A stretch of 64,000 nt of DNA from Octopus sinensis (GCF_006345805.1 NC_043011.1:63128464-63192463), one strand, 5' to 3'; positions 1-14,127 are shown, numbered from the stretch's first letter. Notes: a model not told the origin generated them from the letters alone. Translations and numbers: made by a program.

Positions 1-1193
1 ACAGCTTGTAGTCACAAGATAACTATTTTATGTTTTATTATATTTTGTTTTTTCTCACCCACAATCCTTACTATGTCGCGTAGGTATCTATTCAGATAAC
101 GTTATATGAGGACGATTTCATGTTTTTACTGACTTTATTGAACATTGTTTCTAAATTATGGTAATAGATTATGGTTTCATTATTATGTAGAACATTTCAA
201 TCATAATAACATAAAGAAGAAAAACATGATAACAAAATATAAATGGAAAAATAAAACAAATTAACCTGACATATAATGTAAATAGAACTGAATATATTGA
301 CACTTAATGATGCTTATTTAAGGCCAGGTAGTACACAAAAACACACACATACACACACGCACACACAAACACACACACACACACACGCACACACACACAT
401 TCACACATAAGTATAAATTGAGAAAAAGAAAATGCTTTCATAAGTTTCTATTGGATAAAAGTGAAAAAGCATTTACATATCAAAATGTGCTTTCAGCTGC
501 AATAATTTGAAAATGCTATTTAATCTTGCTTGAAGTAAACCAAAACAATTAAGGCATCTGACAGAACACTAATCATTCGTGTGAGCCCTAAATATTCTCG
601 TTCTGTTTTTTTCATCCCTACACATGTCATGCTATTTGTGTTGAACGAACTGAAGAAGAAAAGGAACACAGAGAACAAATATCAATTCATTGCAACAAAT
701 TGCACATTAATAAAAGTAACAAAAAAGGTAATATAGGTCCGATGTAAAACAAGACTTTTGTGAAGGAACTTAAAGACGGCCTGTCGTGTGAATTTGTAGA
801 TAATTTGGAATACAATACCAACGCACACAGATACGCACGCACACACACACACACACATATATATATGTGTATATATATATGTGTGTGTATATATATATGT
901 ATATATATATATATCTATATATATATATATATGTATGTATAAATGTATGTGTGTGTGCCTACGTGTGTCTGTGCGTGTTTATGTAAATAAGTATGTATTA
1001 ATATTTATATGGCTGTGTATATCATGCAAGTTTAAATACATTTTGATGTTAAATATGTCAAAGGTGGTACTCTGGCGGCGTTGAACATTCCTCATGATCA
1101 ATATTCATATAAATCACACACACGCACACACACACACACAGAGCAGTAAAGCGCTCTATTATAATACAATTGTACAGAAATTGAGTGGGAAGA

Positions 1194-1830
1194 AGTAGTT
1201 GACCACGTCAATCTCGTGGTTCAAGTGTGCTGAGTTATGCCCTGTAAAAAACGATGAAGGGCAATATCAACTCGGTGGCATTTACCTCACAACATAAAGA
1301 GCCGGATGATATACAGCTAAGCATTTTCTCCGGCGTGGTAACGGCTGTGCCATGTCTCCGCCTTTATACATACATATTTCTAAGTCATTCTAGTTTTGGC
1401 ACAAGGTTTGAAATTTTGAATGGGGGGAAGTATCAATGGCATTCAATTCCACTACTTGATTGAGATAATATTGTATTGATTTCGGAATCATGAAAGTTCA
1501 ACTCGGTGTAATTTGACCTCATAACGTATAGATCTGGAGGAAATGCTGACAATTGTATAATTCTACGCGCTAACGTTTCTGCCATCCTGCAACATCTACA
1601 CATATATTAATTACGGTTTCCTTTTTTTTGGAAACTGGGTTAAGAACATATTGAGGGGAAAGTGGAGTAGTTGACCCCGGTCCAAGGAGAAAAAATGCTA
1701 TTTTATTGACCCCCAAAAGGATGAAAGGGTAAGTCAAGTAGCCTGAATTTGAAATCAGATCGATAAGACGGACGAAATGTCGCTAAGTAAGTTGTCCGGT
1801 GTGCTAACTATTCCACCAGCTCGCCGCATA
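1194..1830 (-). mobile_element. Three decayed tRNA-derived SINE copies (~1194-1363, ~1495-1590, ~1665-1830)
   Basis: Each resembles the better-preserved copy at 57153-57388 (gtcgacctcggcggaatttgaactcag...gctaagcatt...gctaac...ctgccagctcgccgcct). Confidence 0.7.
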
Positions 1831-1996
1831 CACCGGTTTAGAATAAGTGACAGCAATTTACTTAACTATGCGTTCTGAATTTGAATTAGTTTCCGTACAA
1901 ACATACTTTAGACCTTCTAAAACGAATCAATTGGTTAAATGGCCCATAGCAATTTAATTATGCATGCCATCCAAATCATTATATATGTCTTCAGAT

Positions 1997-2032
1997 TATA
2001 ATTTACAACGTCAAATACTACAAATGTCATTC
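1997..2032 (+). promoter_or_regulatory. Candidate core promoter (TATA-like box plus Inr) of the peptide gene, repeated at the start of each unit
   Basis: TATAAT at 1997-2002 and TCATTC (Inr-like, A at 2029) 32 nt downstream, ~105 nt before the ATG. Both motifs persist in all six units, but the sequence is AT-rich so chance is possible. Confidence 0.4.
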
Positions 2033-2134
2033 GTCTTTGTAGTTCAAGAACATCTGTTACACCAGAGTCCATCTTACGATTTCAAATAATAATTTAATTG
2101 GTTACAACAACACTAAACGTTTAGTTCAAGAAAA

Positions 2135-2364
2135 ATGCCCAGGAAAAGTTGTTCCTTATTTATATCATTTCTCGTTTTCGGTAAGATACTTTGTGCTTTT
2201 ATGCACTTGCCTGTTCTAAGATACCCGTGTTTGAGGAAGGAATATTTTCTCTTCTAGCTATCCAACTATCTGTTCCTCTGTCTGTATGTCTGCCTGTCTG
2301 TTAGTAACTAATCTCCCTGTTTCTCTACCAAACCACCTAATATGTATGTATGTATGTATGCATG

Positions 2365-2450
<86 letters not shown>

Positions 2451-3642
2451 CCTAACTATCTATCTATCTATCCATCTATCTATCTATCTATCCATCTATA
2501 CATCTATCTATCTATCTATCTATCCGTCGATCAATCTATCTTTCTATCTATCTAGCTGCCTACACCTATTTTCTAGTATCTCCGTATATGCCGCTCAGGA
2601 CATCAACATCCGCTGCTGTCTTTATACACATACATAAGCACATGTGAATAAATATAACTTCATTAATTTACTTTGACACTCAAATAATCCTAGCTGCTTC
2701 AGTGCGTCGCTATTGTCGACTACGAAGGACTTTGATAAATTTGAGATGAGTGCAGTGCTAAATTCTTAGGTATTTCAATGCTTAATACACCAAACTTCTC
2801 ACGGATACGAACTCTGCATCACTATTATAGCTTTGGGAGCCCAAACCATGATGCCTCGTCTACTCAATGCTCTCCTTTGTATACCTAGAATTTGTTTTCG
2901 TAATCATTGACTGGATTGGTACCATGAACATCGACTGTAGTTACGGTCTGAAACGCATATTACACTTATTGATCTTGACATAGTCATTTGCCCCCAAAAT
3001 AGGGAAATTTGAGAATAGAGCGAGATGGACGATGTGATAGCAGATTACATACCGAAAGCACAAGTCCTGTACTGGATGTTTCGCAAGTTTTACAGACGAC
3101 AGGTGGGACATTTCAATTGCTGAGTGGTATACAAGAAGTACAAAAAAGATCACTCGGCAACATACACGATGATGAGAAGACGACTTAGTCAAACGATTTG
3201 GCCCAAGATGGGAAAGAAGGAAGATAAATCAAGAATCAATTAGAAGTGCATATTGATTAACGGTCGATAACAAAAGTCGATAGTCTGATTGGATCGTTGA
3301 TATATGATGTACGTTCTTTCAATTGTTTCAGCCATTTGAGTGTGGCCATGCTGAAGCACGACTTTTAATCGAGCAAATCGATGACAAGACTTATACTTTG
3401 TAAGCCTAGTACTTATTGTATCGGCCTCTTTAGCCGAACCGCTAATGCTACAGGGACGTAAACACACCAGCGTCGTTTATCAAGCGGCGTTGGAGGAATA
3501 AACAAGCTCACACACACACAAACACACGCACATACACACATATTCCCATTAAAACGTCGGTCAAATAGAAGCATAATAGGCCGGATATTGTTTGTATCAG
3601 AGGTGCAAAGATATGTGTCTTCATAATGTATAGCTACCCTGC

Positions 3643-3723
<81 letters not shown>

Positions 3724-4487
3724 TATATATACACACATACATTCATACATGCACACACACACATATATATATATTTGTATATATATATATATGTATATGT
3801 CTGCTTCCCGATAACGCTTAGGTAGTTCTGTGTCGGTACGTGTTCAATATTAAAATAGACTTTGTGCATCAGTCATCGTATAAGTTGTGATGTGGCAAAA
3901 TTACATTTACAGCAACATAAAAAAAAGCTATTTTCTGCTTTTATCTGAGGAAAAAAAACACGAAACTACGAAGACGAACGCTTTACAGGGAACCCTCAGC
4001 GCTAACATCGTTACGTACTTATTTCCTGCATTATATGGTCAGGGTTTTGGTTATAAAAATGGATATTTATCATCATGGCCTGCAGAGAACTGTTAGAACA
4101 CCTCTCATTTCAGATCAATCAATCAATTAATATCTTAGTAATTGCTTATTTTTGTGTTCTTTCACGTTGTTACTTACGAGTAAAATAACTTGTTTCGAAG
4201 TTGAAGACGGAAAATTTCAATATATTTCTTCTCTTTTATATTCAGGAATCGCTTTGACAGAGCTTTGCACTGATACGGCGAAGTCATATTGCCGAGAGGC
4301 GAACGATAAATATCCCTATGCCCGGACTGATGAGGAATACTGCAAGTAAGAAGGACGTTATTTATGGTCTCCACTTCCTCTTCTCACACTTCCATCTGTT
4401 TTTCTACTTCCTCTTCTTTGCACTACTACTATTACCACTACTGCTGCTGCTGTTGCTGCTGCACCACCACCACCACTACTACTACAA

Positions 4488-4547
<60 letters not shown>

Positions 4548-5224
4548 AACACTATATTTATTGAATTTCACGACGCTATTCGATATTTGCCCGTATGTAT
4601 TTTAAGAAGTTACTTGTTGATATATAGTTGATCCTTATTAATTAAAATGACGCTAATGATATTTAGGTGACGCTACCAGTAAAATCAATCGGTAAATGTT
4701 CTTGATATTGTTGCTTATTTGAATGAAATCTGAATTAGTATTTTTGATCATGAGCAGAATATTCTAGACAATAGTCATATTTTAGATAAACTTCATGTAT
4801 AACACGCAAAACTTTTCTAATAAAGGAATAATTCCTGAAATGTTTTAAAGGATGAAATGCAATGTCGACCCCAGCGGAATTCAAACCCGGAACGTAGTGG
4901 CAGAAGAAACACCGCTAAGCATTTCGGACGGCTTTCTAATGATTCTTCCACATCGCCGCCTGCATAAAACACAAAACTGACAGTGATATCATTTGATCCC
5001 ACACCGTATTCAATATATGTGTGTGTGTGTGTGTGTCGTTAATTAAGTACCAGCTACGTACTGAATTCTTTTAGTAATATGAATGGACACACGCATGAAC
5101 CCACGCACATATGTATAAATAATGAACGACATATAATATATTTTACGGAGATGTACATGCGCAGGACGAGAACGAGAGAAAAAATATTGAAGATTGGGAG
5201 AAACATTTTTGAAACGTGAAAGAG

Positions 5225-5272
<48 letters not shown>

Positions 5273-5857
5273 GAGCGAGAGAGCGCGAGACTGATAGAAA
5301 ACGGCACGTGAGGGAAGGAGGGGGAGAAAAAAGTAATTATAGAAAGATTGGGGAAGAAACCATATGTACATAAGCTACATACATGCATACAAGTATATAT
5401 ATATACATACAAGTATATATATATATATATAAGAGAAGAAAATGGAATGGATATAGTAACAATGGAAGACCTAGCAAGCTAATAGACGGGAGCGACTTTG
5501 GATTTAATTATCGCTTGGAGGAACTAACGTCCTCCAGCTTGTAACCTATATATATATGTACATATATATGTATATATGTACATATATATGTATATATATA
5601 TATTTGTAAAAACGGTAAGATAACAAAAGAACGAAATAGAATTCAACATTACGTAAATATAGGAAGTTATCCGTAAAATATTGTGTGACAATTATTCGGT
5701 AGTCAAGAAAAATCTCTGAGTTTGTATAACGGTCTTTTTTCATAACGTTTTTCTGATACCCAGATAACCGAAAAGATGGTGCTGTGGATTTACACCTCGT
5801 TATCCGAAACTCAAAGTTTTTTCTTGGCTACCGAGTAGTTGTCACATATTATTTTAC

Positions 5858-5946
<89 letters not shown>

Positions 5947-6122
5947 CATGTTTGTATCTGTATATATAACTTTTCTCAAAGTTGCAAGAGCATGACAGAA
6001 TTATCACGAAAGAACTTGGTTTCACGTTTCCTCCAGTATTCATTTACTTTGGTCCTCCACGTTCTTTGACGTTTATGTGCTTACTGGAATAGTCATCTAA
6101 CATTCAATCTATTTATCTCTTT

Positions 6123-6154
<32 letters not shown>

Positions 6155-6752
6155 AACTCCACAACACATACACAGACAGATACACGCACACTCTCACACG
6201 CACACGCTCATAAACACAAACAAATACATAGATACACACATGTCAGAAGGTAGCAAATCTATTCCTATGTTATTTTGTTTTTCAGTCGTGTGAGAATGTG
6301 GGTAAAGTGTTTCGTTGACAGATCCGAATATTGTTCTCTCGTGTTCAAGACAGTGATAAGTGTGATGTGCATCGGTAAGACTTATGCTATTTTATATTTC
6401 GTAAATCCTTGTCTTTGAAGATATAATCTTTTTGCCTAACTTCAGATTTTTCTAAATTAAAATATAGCAACCTAGAGTTTGGAACAAACCCTCCTGCATT
6501 GGTACACTTATATACACATAACTAACCGCTTAAATATACACCACAGACACATCTCTTACTTTACTGTATATTTATCATTTATTGTAGTAACGAAGTTCTC
6601 ATCTTACTAATAATACACTATGTCACTGCTATGCATTCTATACTTTTTTTATGATAGTGAATTATAATCGTCCATCCAAAACAGTTTTAGAATAACAGTA
6701 AGTAAAATACGTTGTATAATTTCGATCCCACTTCTTTCTCTTTACAGATTGA
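2135..6752 (+). CDS. Secreted 6-Cys peptide precursor, copy 1 (79 aa): join 2135-2180, 4246-4345, 6286-6374, 6748-6752; [79 protein letters not shown]
   Basis: Canonical donors (CG|gtaaga, AA|gtaaga, CG|gtaaga) and acceptors (ttttatattcag, ttttgtttttcag, ctttctctttacag). Phases 1/2/1 join into a 240-nt open frame. Basic n-region, hydrophobic h-region and A-L-T cleavage motif. AATAAA at 6795. The terminal exon is the least certain part. Confidence 0.8.
2342..2556. repeat. (TATG)n(TATC)n compound microsatellite in intron 1 of every unit; each unit also has (CTA)n, (GA)n, (CA)n, (TA)n and (CTA/CTG)n tracts
   Basis: Direct inspection; source of the LSIY, YIYI, poly-L and poly-T pseudo-ORFs. Confidence 0.95.
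3315..3475 (-). mobile_element. SINE 3' half in intron 1, present in all six units (pre-dates the array)
   Basis: Minus strand reads agcggttcggctaaagaggccgatacaataagtactaggcttacaaag...cagcatggccacactcaaatggctgaaac, the same tail as the SINE at 10290. Confidence 0.75.
4864..4961 (-). mobile_element. tRNA-derived SINE head in intron 2, present in all six units
   Basis: Minus strand aggcggcgatgtggaagaatcattag (A-box-like) ... gggtttgaattccgc (B-box-like). Confidence 0.75.
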
Positions 6753-6794
6753 AATCATCTATTTTGTACCCACTTCGATGATCGGTTTCCAATC

Positions 6795-6800
6795 AATAAA
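6795..6800 (+). terminator. Polyadenylation signal of copy 1 (equivalents at 17575, 24743, 44103, 56044)
   Basis: AATAAA 42 nt after the predicted TGA; present in 5 of 6 units. Confidence 0.5.
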
Positions 6801-7280
6801 TAGGAATATAGATTTGACACCGAAAAAATTTGAAAACGAGAAAATAGGTTTATGTAAATAAATGTATTTATGCGCATCGTATCGTTTGGTTGTTTTTTCG
6901 TATTTGTAGATCATTGAACGAAGGATCTATAAGCAAAACCAGAAGATAAACAAGATGTACTACACAATAGAAGGTGCCTTTATTTCTGCCCTTCCTACAT
7001 GCAAGAAGATAGGCATACATCGAGAAGGACAGGTGCCACTCGTCCCGTTCCTGTTTTCGTAATCAATTGTTCGGTGGGGAGAGGAATGGTGAGGAGAGGA
7101 AAGGCTGTTGTGGCCGATGAAGGACTACTACTACTACTACAACTACTACCACTACTACTACTACTACTACTACAACTACTACTACTACTACTACTGCTAT
7201 TACTGCAGCTGCTGCTACTATTTCTACTACTACTACTACTACTGCTGCTTCTGCTGCTGTTGCTACCATTGTTGTTGATG

Positions 7281-7500
7281 AGGTTCCGAACTGACAGAAT
7301 CGTAAGCACGCTGTTCAAAATGGCTGACGGAATTTTGTAACGTTTTTCGCTCTGAGTTCAAATTCTGACGAGGTCGACTTTGCCTTTCATTCTGTTCGCG
7401 TCAATAAAATAAGTCGATAAAATAAGTACCAGCCAAGCACTAGGGTCGATGGAAACCCCTCCCCCGAAATAGCTGGCATTCACCCCAAAATTGAAGCCTG
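7281..7500 (+). mobile_element. tRNA-derived SINE downstream of the gene in each unit (mostly deleted in U6)
   Basis: ctgacagaatcgtaagcacg ... gagttcaaattctgacgaggtcgactttgcctttcat ... aataagtaccag. Confidence 0.75.
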
Positions 7501-8359
7501 TATAATTATTATTATTATCAAATTTATTATTATTATTATTGATACTAGTAAGACAAATGGTATTGCATAGTATTTTCGTTAACAGGAATGTAATCTTGCC
7601 ACGTATACTCCTATATCAAGAATCTTTCTCTGAATCATTCTTTTTCTTCTTCGTCTTCTCCTTCTCCTTCATCTTCATCTTCTTCTTTTCTCTCCCCCTC
7701 TCCTTCTTTCTCTTCTTCTTTCATGTATTTGTCCTTCTCTTTTTCTTCTTCTTCTCCCCCCGCCCCATCTTTAGCTTTAATTATCATTGAATTTAGAAAT
7801 TCTAAAAAGCAACGTATTAACGGCATTGTTAACACCAATGGCATTTAGATGCGATTCTCCAACAATATTTCATTTAAATAATCGTATTGTGTACGTTGCT
7901 GGATATTCAATGCATATTAACAACGTAATATATATAACAAAAGCGATATTAAACCTCATTTTGTCGGTGGCAACACGAATCCATATACAATTTCCTCAAA
8001 GAAATGATGGATCCTTTAAGTGTAGCTTTTAAAAGTATCAGTATAAAAAATAAATTTCAATTAAAACAAGCTTATTATAATGCGGCCATATTCCCTCATT
8101 GTAACGTTGCAGTTAACGTGGATTAAAATAGATTTCTTTGTCGATTCAGTTCCATATATGCACCATAATAATTAGAACATCCAAGAGATACCGATAAATG
8201 GTTTTATATATGTCTTCAGATTATAATTTACAACGTCAAATACTGCAAAAGTCATTCGTCTTTGTAGTTCAAGAACATCTGTTACACCAGAGTCCATCTT
8301 ATGATTTCAAATAATAATTTAATTGGTTACAACAACACTAAAAATTTAGTTCAACCAAA

Positions 8360-8659
8360 ATGCCCAGGAAAAGATGTTCCTTATTTATATCATTTCTCGT
8401 TTTCGGTAAGATACTTTGTACTTTTATGCACTTGCCTGTTCTAAGATACCGGTGTTTGAGGAAGGAATATTTTCTATTCTAGCTATCCATCTATCTGTTC
8501 CTCTGTCTGAATATCTGCCAGTGTGTTAGTAACTAATCTCTCTGTTTCTCTACCAAACCACCTAATATGTATGTACGTATGTATGTATGTATGTATGTAT
8601 GTATGTATGTATGTATGTATGTATGTATGTATGTATCTATCTATCTATCTTTCTATATA

Positions 8660-8747
<88 letters not shown>

Positions 8748-9790
8748 CCTAACTATCTATCTATCTATCCATCTATCTATCTATCTATCCATCTATACAT
8801 CTATCTATCTATCTATCTATCCGTCGATCAATCTATCTTTCTATCTATGTAGCTGCCTACACCTATTTTCTAGTATCTCCGTATATGCTGCTCAGGACAT
8901 CAACATCCGCTGCTGTCTTTATGCACATACATAAGCACATGTGAATAAATATAACTTCATTAATTTACTTTGACACTCAAATAATCGTAGCTGCTTCAGT
9001 GCGTCGCTATTGTCGACTACGAAGGACTTTGATAACTTTGAGATGAGTGCAGTGCTAAATTCTTAGGTATTTCAATGCTTAATACACCAAACTTCTCACG
9101 GATACGAACTCTGCATCACTATTATAGCTTTGGGAGCCCAAACCATGATGCCTCGTCATTCCAATGCTCTCCTTTGTATACCTAGAATTTGTTTTCGGAA
9201 TCATTGACTGGATTGGTACCATGAACATCGACTGTAGTTATGGTCTGAAACGCATATTACACTTATTGATCTTGACATAGTCATTTGCCCCCAAAATAGG
9301 GAAATTTGAGAATAGAGCGATATGGACGATGTGATAGCAGATTACATACCGAAAGCACAAGTCCTGTACTGGATGTTTCGCAAGTTTTACAGACGACAGG
9401 TGGGACATTTCAATTGCTGAGTGGTATACAAGAAATACAAAAAGACCACTCGGCAACATACACGATGATGAGAAGACGACATAGTCAAACGATTTGGCCC
9501 AAGATGGGAAAGAATGAGGATAAATCAAGAATCAATTAGAAGTGCATATTGATTAACGGTCTATAACAAAAGTCGATAGTCTGATTGGATCGTTGATATA
9601 TGATGTACGTTCTTTCAATTGTTTCATCTATGTGACTGCGGCCATGCTGGAGCACGACATTTAATCGAGCAAATCGATGACAAGACTTATATTTGGTAAG
9701 CCTAGTACTTATTTTATCGGCCTCTTTAGCCGAACCGCTAATGCTACGGGGACGTAAACACACCAGCGTCGTTGGAGGAATAAACAAGCT

Positions 9791-9824
<34 letters not shown>

Positions 9825-10016
9825 CACATATTCCCATGAAAACGTCTGTCAAATAGAAGCATAATAGACCGGATATCGTTTGTACCAGAGGGGCAAAGGT
9901 ATGTGTCTTCATAATATATAGCTACCCTGCATGTATATATATATATATATATATATCTGTGTATATATGTAGCTATGTGTGTGTGCAATGCATATGTGTA
10001 TATATGTATATAAATG

Positions 10017-10048
<32 letters not shown>

Positions 10049-10169
10049 CAAGACAAGAAACAATTGTAGTGGCGGTTTTTTTGACTATTTATTAAAATTT
10101 TACGTATTGATTAAGTCTTTCCTTGTTTGTTTTGCAAAGTAGCGGTTTTGTCTCTAAAAATATTCTATA

Positions 10170-10239
<70 letters not shown>

Positions 10240-10570
10240 TTCATACATACACACACACACACATATATATATATATATTTTTTTTTTTTGTACTTGTTTC
10301 AGTCATTTGACTGCGGCCATGCTGGAGCACCGCCTTTAGAGTGGTGAAAGAGTACAGCAGGGATCACCACCTCCTGCCGGGGCCTCGTGGACCTTTTAGG
10401 TGTTTTTTTTCGCTCAATAAACACACACAACGCCCGGTCTGGGAATCGAAACCGCGATCCTCCGACCGCAAGTCCGCTGCCCTAACCACTAGGCCATTGC
10501 GCCTCCTATATATATATGTATATAGGAGTTGTAGTGCATCTGAGCACTGTACACAATTATTATTTATTAT

Positions 10571-10657
<87 letters not shown>

Positions 10658-13600
10658 TGTGTACAGTGCTCAGGTGCACTACAACTCATCTAAAGTGTAT
10701 ATATAACCAGGTGAAGTTTCGGCGGATTTCGGAAAGCATGAGGGCCTTAAAAGATGCAGTGTCATGGCAGTCAACAACTGACGCAGGCAGTTTATTCCAT
10801 GCTTCAGCAACTCTGAGCGTGAAAAAATGTTTCCGAAAGTCATGGGAGCTGTATTGTTTTCTGACTTTGTAGGCATGTCCACGTGTGTTAGACACATGGA
10901 GATCAAAAAGGTGTTCAGTGTTGTTGTTGGTGAGGTGGTTGATAACTTTGTGGGTGTTTACCAAGTCCGTCGCCAAACGCCGGAGCTTCAGTGAATCCAT
11001 GCCCAGGGAAACAAGGCGCTCAGAATATGGTAGGTGTCTGATGGAGGGTATGCGTTTGGTTGCACGTCTCTGGACAGATTCCAGGAGGTCAATGTTCTGT
11101 GCAAGATAGGGGTTCCAAACTGATGATGCGAATTCCAATTGTGGTCGTACCATAGCTGTATACAGTTTTAAATAGATGGCTGGAGAGCGGCTAACAAAAG
11201 ACCTGCTGAGTGATGCCAAGACACCCTCGGCCTTCCTGACAATCTTAGAGATATGCTTTGACCAACGCAAATCACTGCTGACAGTGATGCCTAGGTCACG
11301 CTCGCAAGAGGATTTCTTGATATCAGTGTTGTGGAGGGAGTATGTGAACGCAGGGTTTTTTCTCCCAAAATGCATGGTGGTACACTTGTCCACAGCCAGT
11401 TTCAGTTGCCAGTCTGTGATCCATTGCTGCATTGTGTCTAGGTCTGATTGCAGGAAAGAGTTGTAGACATCAGGATCTGTCCTCTTGATTTCAAGGTACA
11501 GCTTGATGTCGTCTGCATATTTCAATACTGTGGCATTCTTTAAATTGGCATCTATGTCGTTAATGTATGCCACAAACAAGAGGGGGCCAAGGACAGATCC
11601 CTGTGGTGCACCCGATGACATCTCATATGGTGTAGAGTGCTGTCCTAGAACTGTGACTACCTCCTTTCGGCTGAGGATGAAGGATTTCAACCAGTTAAAA
11701 AGGTCATACCCCACACCCATTGCAGAGAGTTTCACCATAAGCCTTTTGTGTGGCACAGAGTTGAAAGCCTTAGCAAAGTCAAGGTAGACAACATCCACCC
11801 ATGAGCCACTGTCAGTAATCTGAGTAATGTCCTCAAGGAACTCGACAAGCTGGTCACTGCAACTGGAGTTAGGGACAAATCCATATTGTGAGGGTCGGAT
11901 GAGACTGTGAGAGCTCCAGAAGTTCCAGAGTGTTTCTCTGACACACGATTCCATCAGTTTTGCAATACAGCTAGTGAGACTGACTGGGCGATAGTTGACA
12001 GGTGATGTGCGGTCGCCCTTTTGAACAGAGGAATGACACTGGCAGTTTTCCACTGCTCCGGAGTAGCACCATTGTTGAGACAGTACTGGAAGAAAATAGA
12101 AAGCTGGTGTAAAAGGAAGTGCCTGCCACGTTTGAGAAGCAGGTATGTAACTCCATCGAGACCAGGGGAGGCATAGTTGCGCTTATTTTGAAGGTGACGT
12201 CGCAGCATTGCAGGTGTAAATTCCATAGTTGTTATGGAGTTTGCTGTTAGTGATGGTGAAGATGGTACATTTTGACTTTCAACAGTGAATATGTTTGCAT
12301 AGCACTCGGCAATGAGTTCTGCGCATTCCTTGGGGTCGTCAGTGATCTGGTTTGTGTGAGGGTTGCGAAGAGGGCCCACTGGAGAGTGAGGTCTCTGCTT
12401 TGAGTGCACATATTTCCAGAAAACCTTGCTGTCAGGATTGGCTGCTATGCACTGTTCAAATTCAAGCACTGCTTTTTTTGTCACTTGCTTGAGATGGTTG
12501 GAGGATTTATTCCGCTTCTTCCTGTTGGTGTCTGATTTATGCAACCTGTATTCCCGTTCAGCAGTCCGACGTTCCCTCCTGGCAAGTCGGACCGCTGAAG
12601 TTTCCCAAATTGCCCTTTTGGGGCGGTTCTTCTTTTTTTGTTTACGTGGCACTGATGCTGCACATGCTGCCCATATTGAGTCCAGGATACTCTGGAGTAT
12701 AGTATTCACATCTCCAGAGTTGTAGAATTCACGCCAGTTTGGGTGCTGTAGTTCAGTGTGGTACAGGTTCCAATCTGCTCTCTTCCAGTCGAAGGAAGCA
12801 GATTGGAGATGGTTCAGGTTTTTGTTGCCCGCAAGAGCCAGATTGGCGATGATCATAGCATGATCAGAGTCACCTAGAGGTTCCTCCGTAGTGCAATTGA
12901 TAACCGCTTCAGGAGTTGTGGTGAAGAGCAGGTCCAAGGTGTTGTCGCCTCTTGTTGGAGAGGTGACTACTTGTGACCAGTTTGAGTCCAGCACAAGCTC
13001 AACAAAATCGTTTGCACTCTGTGGCCAATGGAAGGTCTCCCAATCGATCTCAGGATGATTGAAATCGCCTGCAATAAACACATAAGTGGCTGTTTTCCTG
13101 GCAGCAGCTCGGAGGACATTGCAAAGCTGTGTGTCCCGATGGTAACTTGGGGGACGATAAACAACGCCAAGCAGGAGTGTTGACATGGTCATACGCACGT
13201 CACAGAAAAAAACTTCTTCTTGTGATTCGTTCAAATCGGCACAAGGAATTACCAAAAAATTTGAACGAACGTAGACCATCACACCACCACCACGGCGGTT
13301 AGTGCGGTCCTTACGGAAGAGGTTGTACCCCGTAATGTTGAAAACCCCATCACAGAGTAAGGAATGCGCCCATGTTTCCGTGACAGTGATGAAGTCAGGG
13401 TCAACACTTCTGACGTAGGCGTTGAACAAATGTATTTTCTGGCATAAACTGCGAGCATTTAAGGACAACAATTTGTACCCTGCTCGCAGTTTATGATGGT
13501 GTGTAGAGGATGGCAGGTTGTTCTGGCTTAGTTTCCCTGAGTTGCTGTAGTCTTTTTAGTTATTGTGGGTAGAGAGCACTCAGACCAGCTGGTATCTCTC

Positions 13601-14081
13601 TTCCACGTTTCAGCAGTCTTGACAAATCTCCAGATTTGTCCATCTTCCCGAAGACTGAAGCTTTCCTGTAGAGCTGAGTTCCTATTCAGGGAAGCCACTA
13701 CGCGTAGCTTCGGGCGTACATCGGACGGTAAGCCTGGGCGTGTTCGGAAGGTGGTCCGATTTTCCCGCCCAGCTTTAACTGAGGCCAGATGGTAAGAGGT
13801 TGCCTCAGTGGGGTCCGTAAAAGACAACTTGATGAGCCTAGGTTTTGGGCCAGGTCGTCCAAGGCGGATAGCACCCGTTGGGGGAACGCAGCCTAGGTCT
13901 TTGGCTGAGTTGGCAGCAAAAGCCTGAAGATCAGCCATGTCTTCTGGCACCCCAATGGCAATGACTTCATGGGTGGCAGAATCCGCGGTCTTAAATGCGA
14001 CAAGAGGTACAGGTACAGAGAGGTTCTTTAGCAGAGCATTCCGATAAGGCCCCTCATTGAGGAGTCCAACCTGAATGGTTG

Positions 14082-14127
<46 letters not shown>

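Noticed and set aside
2578-2769. Exon-like segments after ttttctag (2578) and aatcctag (2693)
   Set aside because: No reading frame compatible with exons 1 and 2 without stops; could at most be non-productive cassettes.
4327-4333. CTGATGA inside exon 2 (all units)
   Set aside because: No helix II, GAAA or UH arrangement follows; it is coding sequence (T-D-E).
4152-4349. Unspliced ORF MCSFTLLL...GIALTELC...EEYCK (and 37581-37919)
   Set aside because: Only the last 100 nt are exon 2. The upstream part is intron ending in a strong polypyrimidine-AG, and it starts at a non-ATG codon.
9238-9539. Recurrent 96-aa (minus) and 77-aa (plus) ORFs in intron 1 of several units
   Set aside because: Recurrence is explained by unit identity. 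They are broken in U1 and U5 (the plus ORF also in U6), have no recognisable motif, and show no consistent splice signals.
10450-10506. tRNA-like A and B boxes here and at 30100-30172 and 57290-57388
   Set aside because: They are SINE heads continuing into SINE bodies; no complete cloverleaf.
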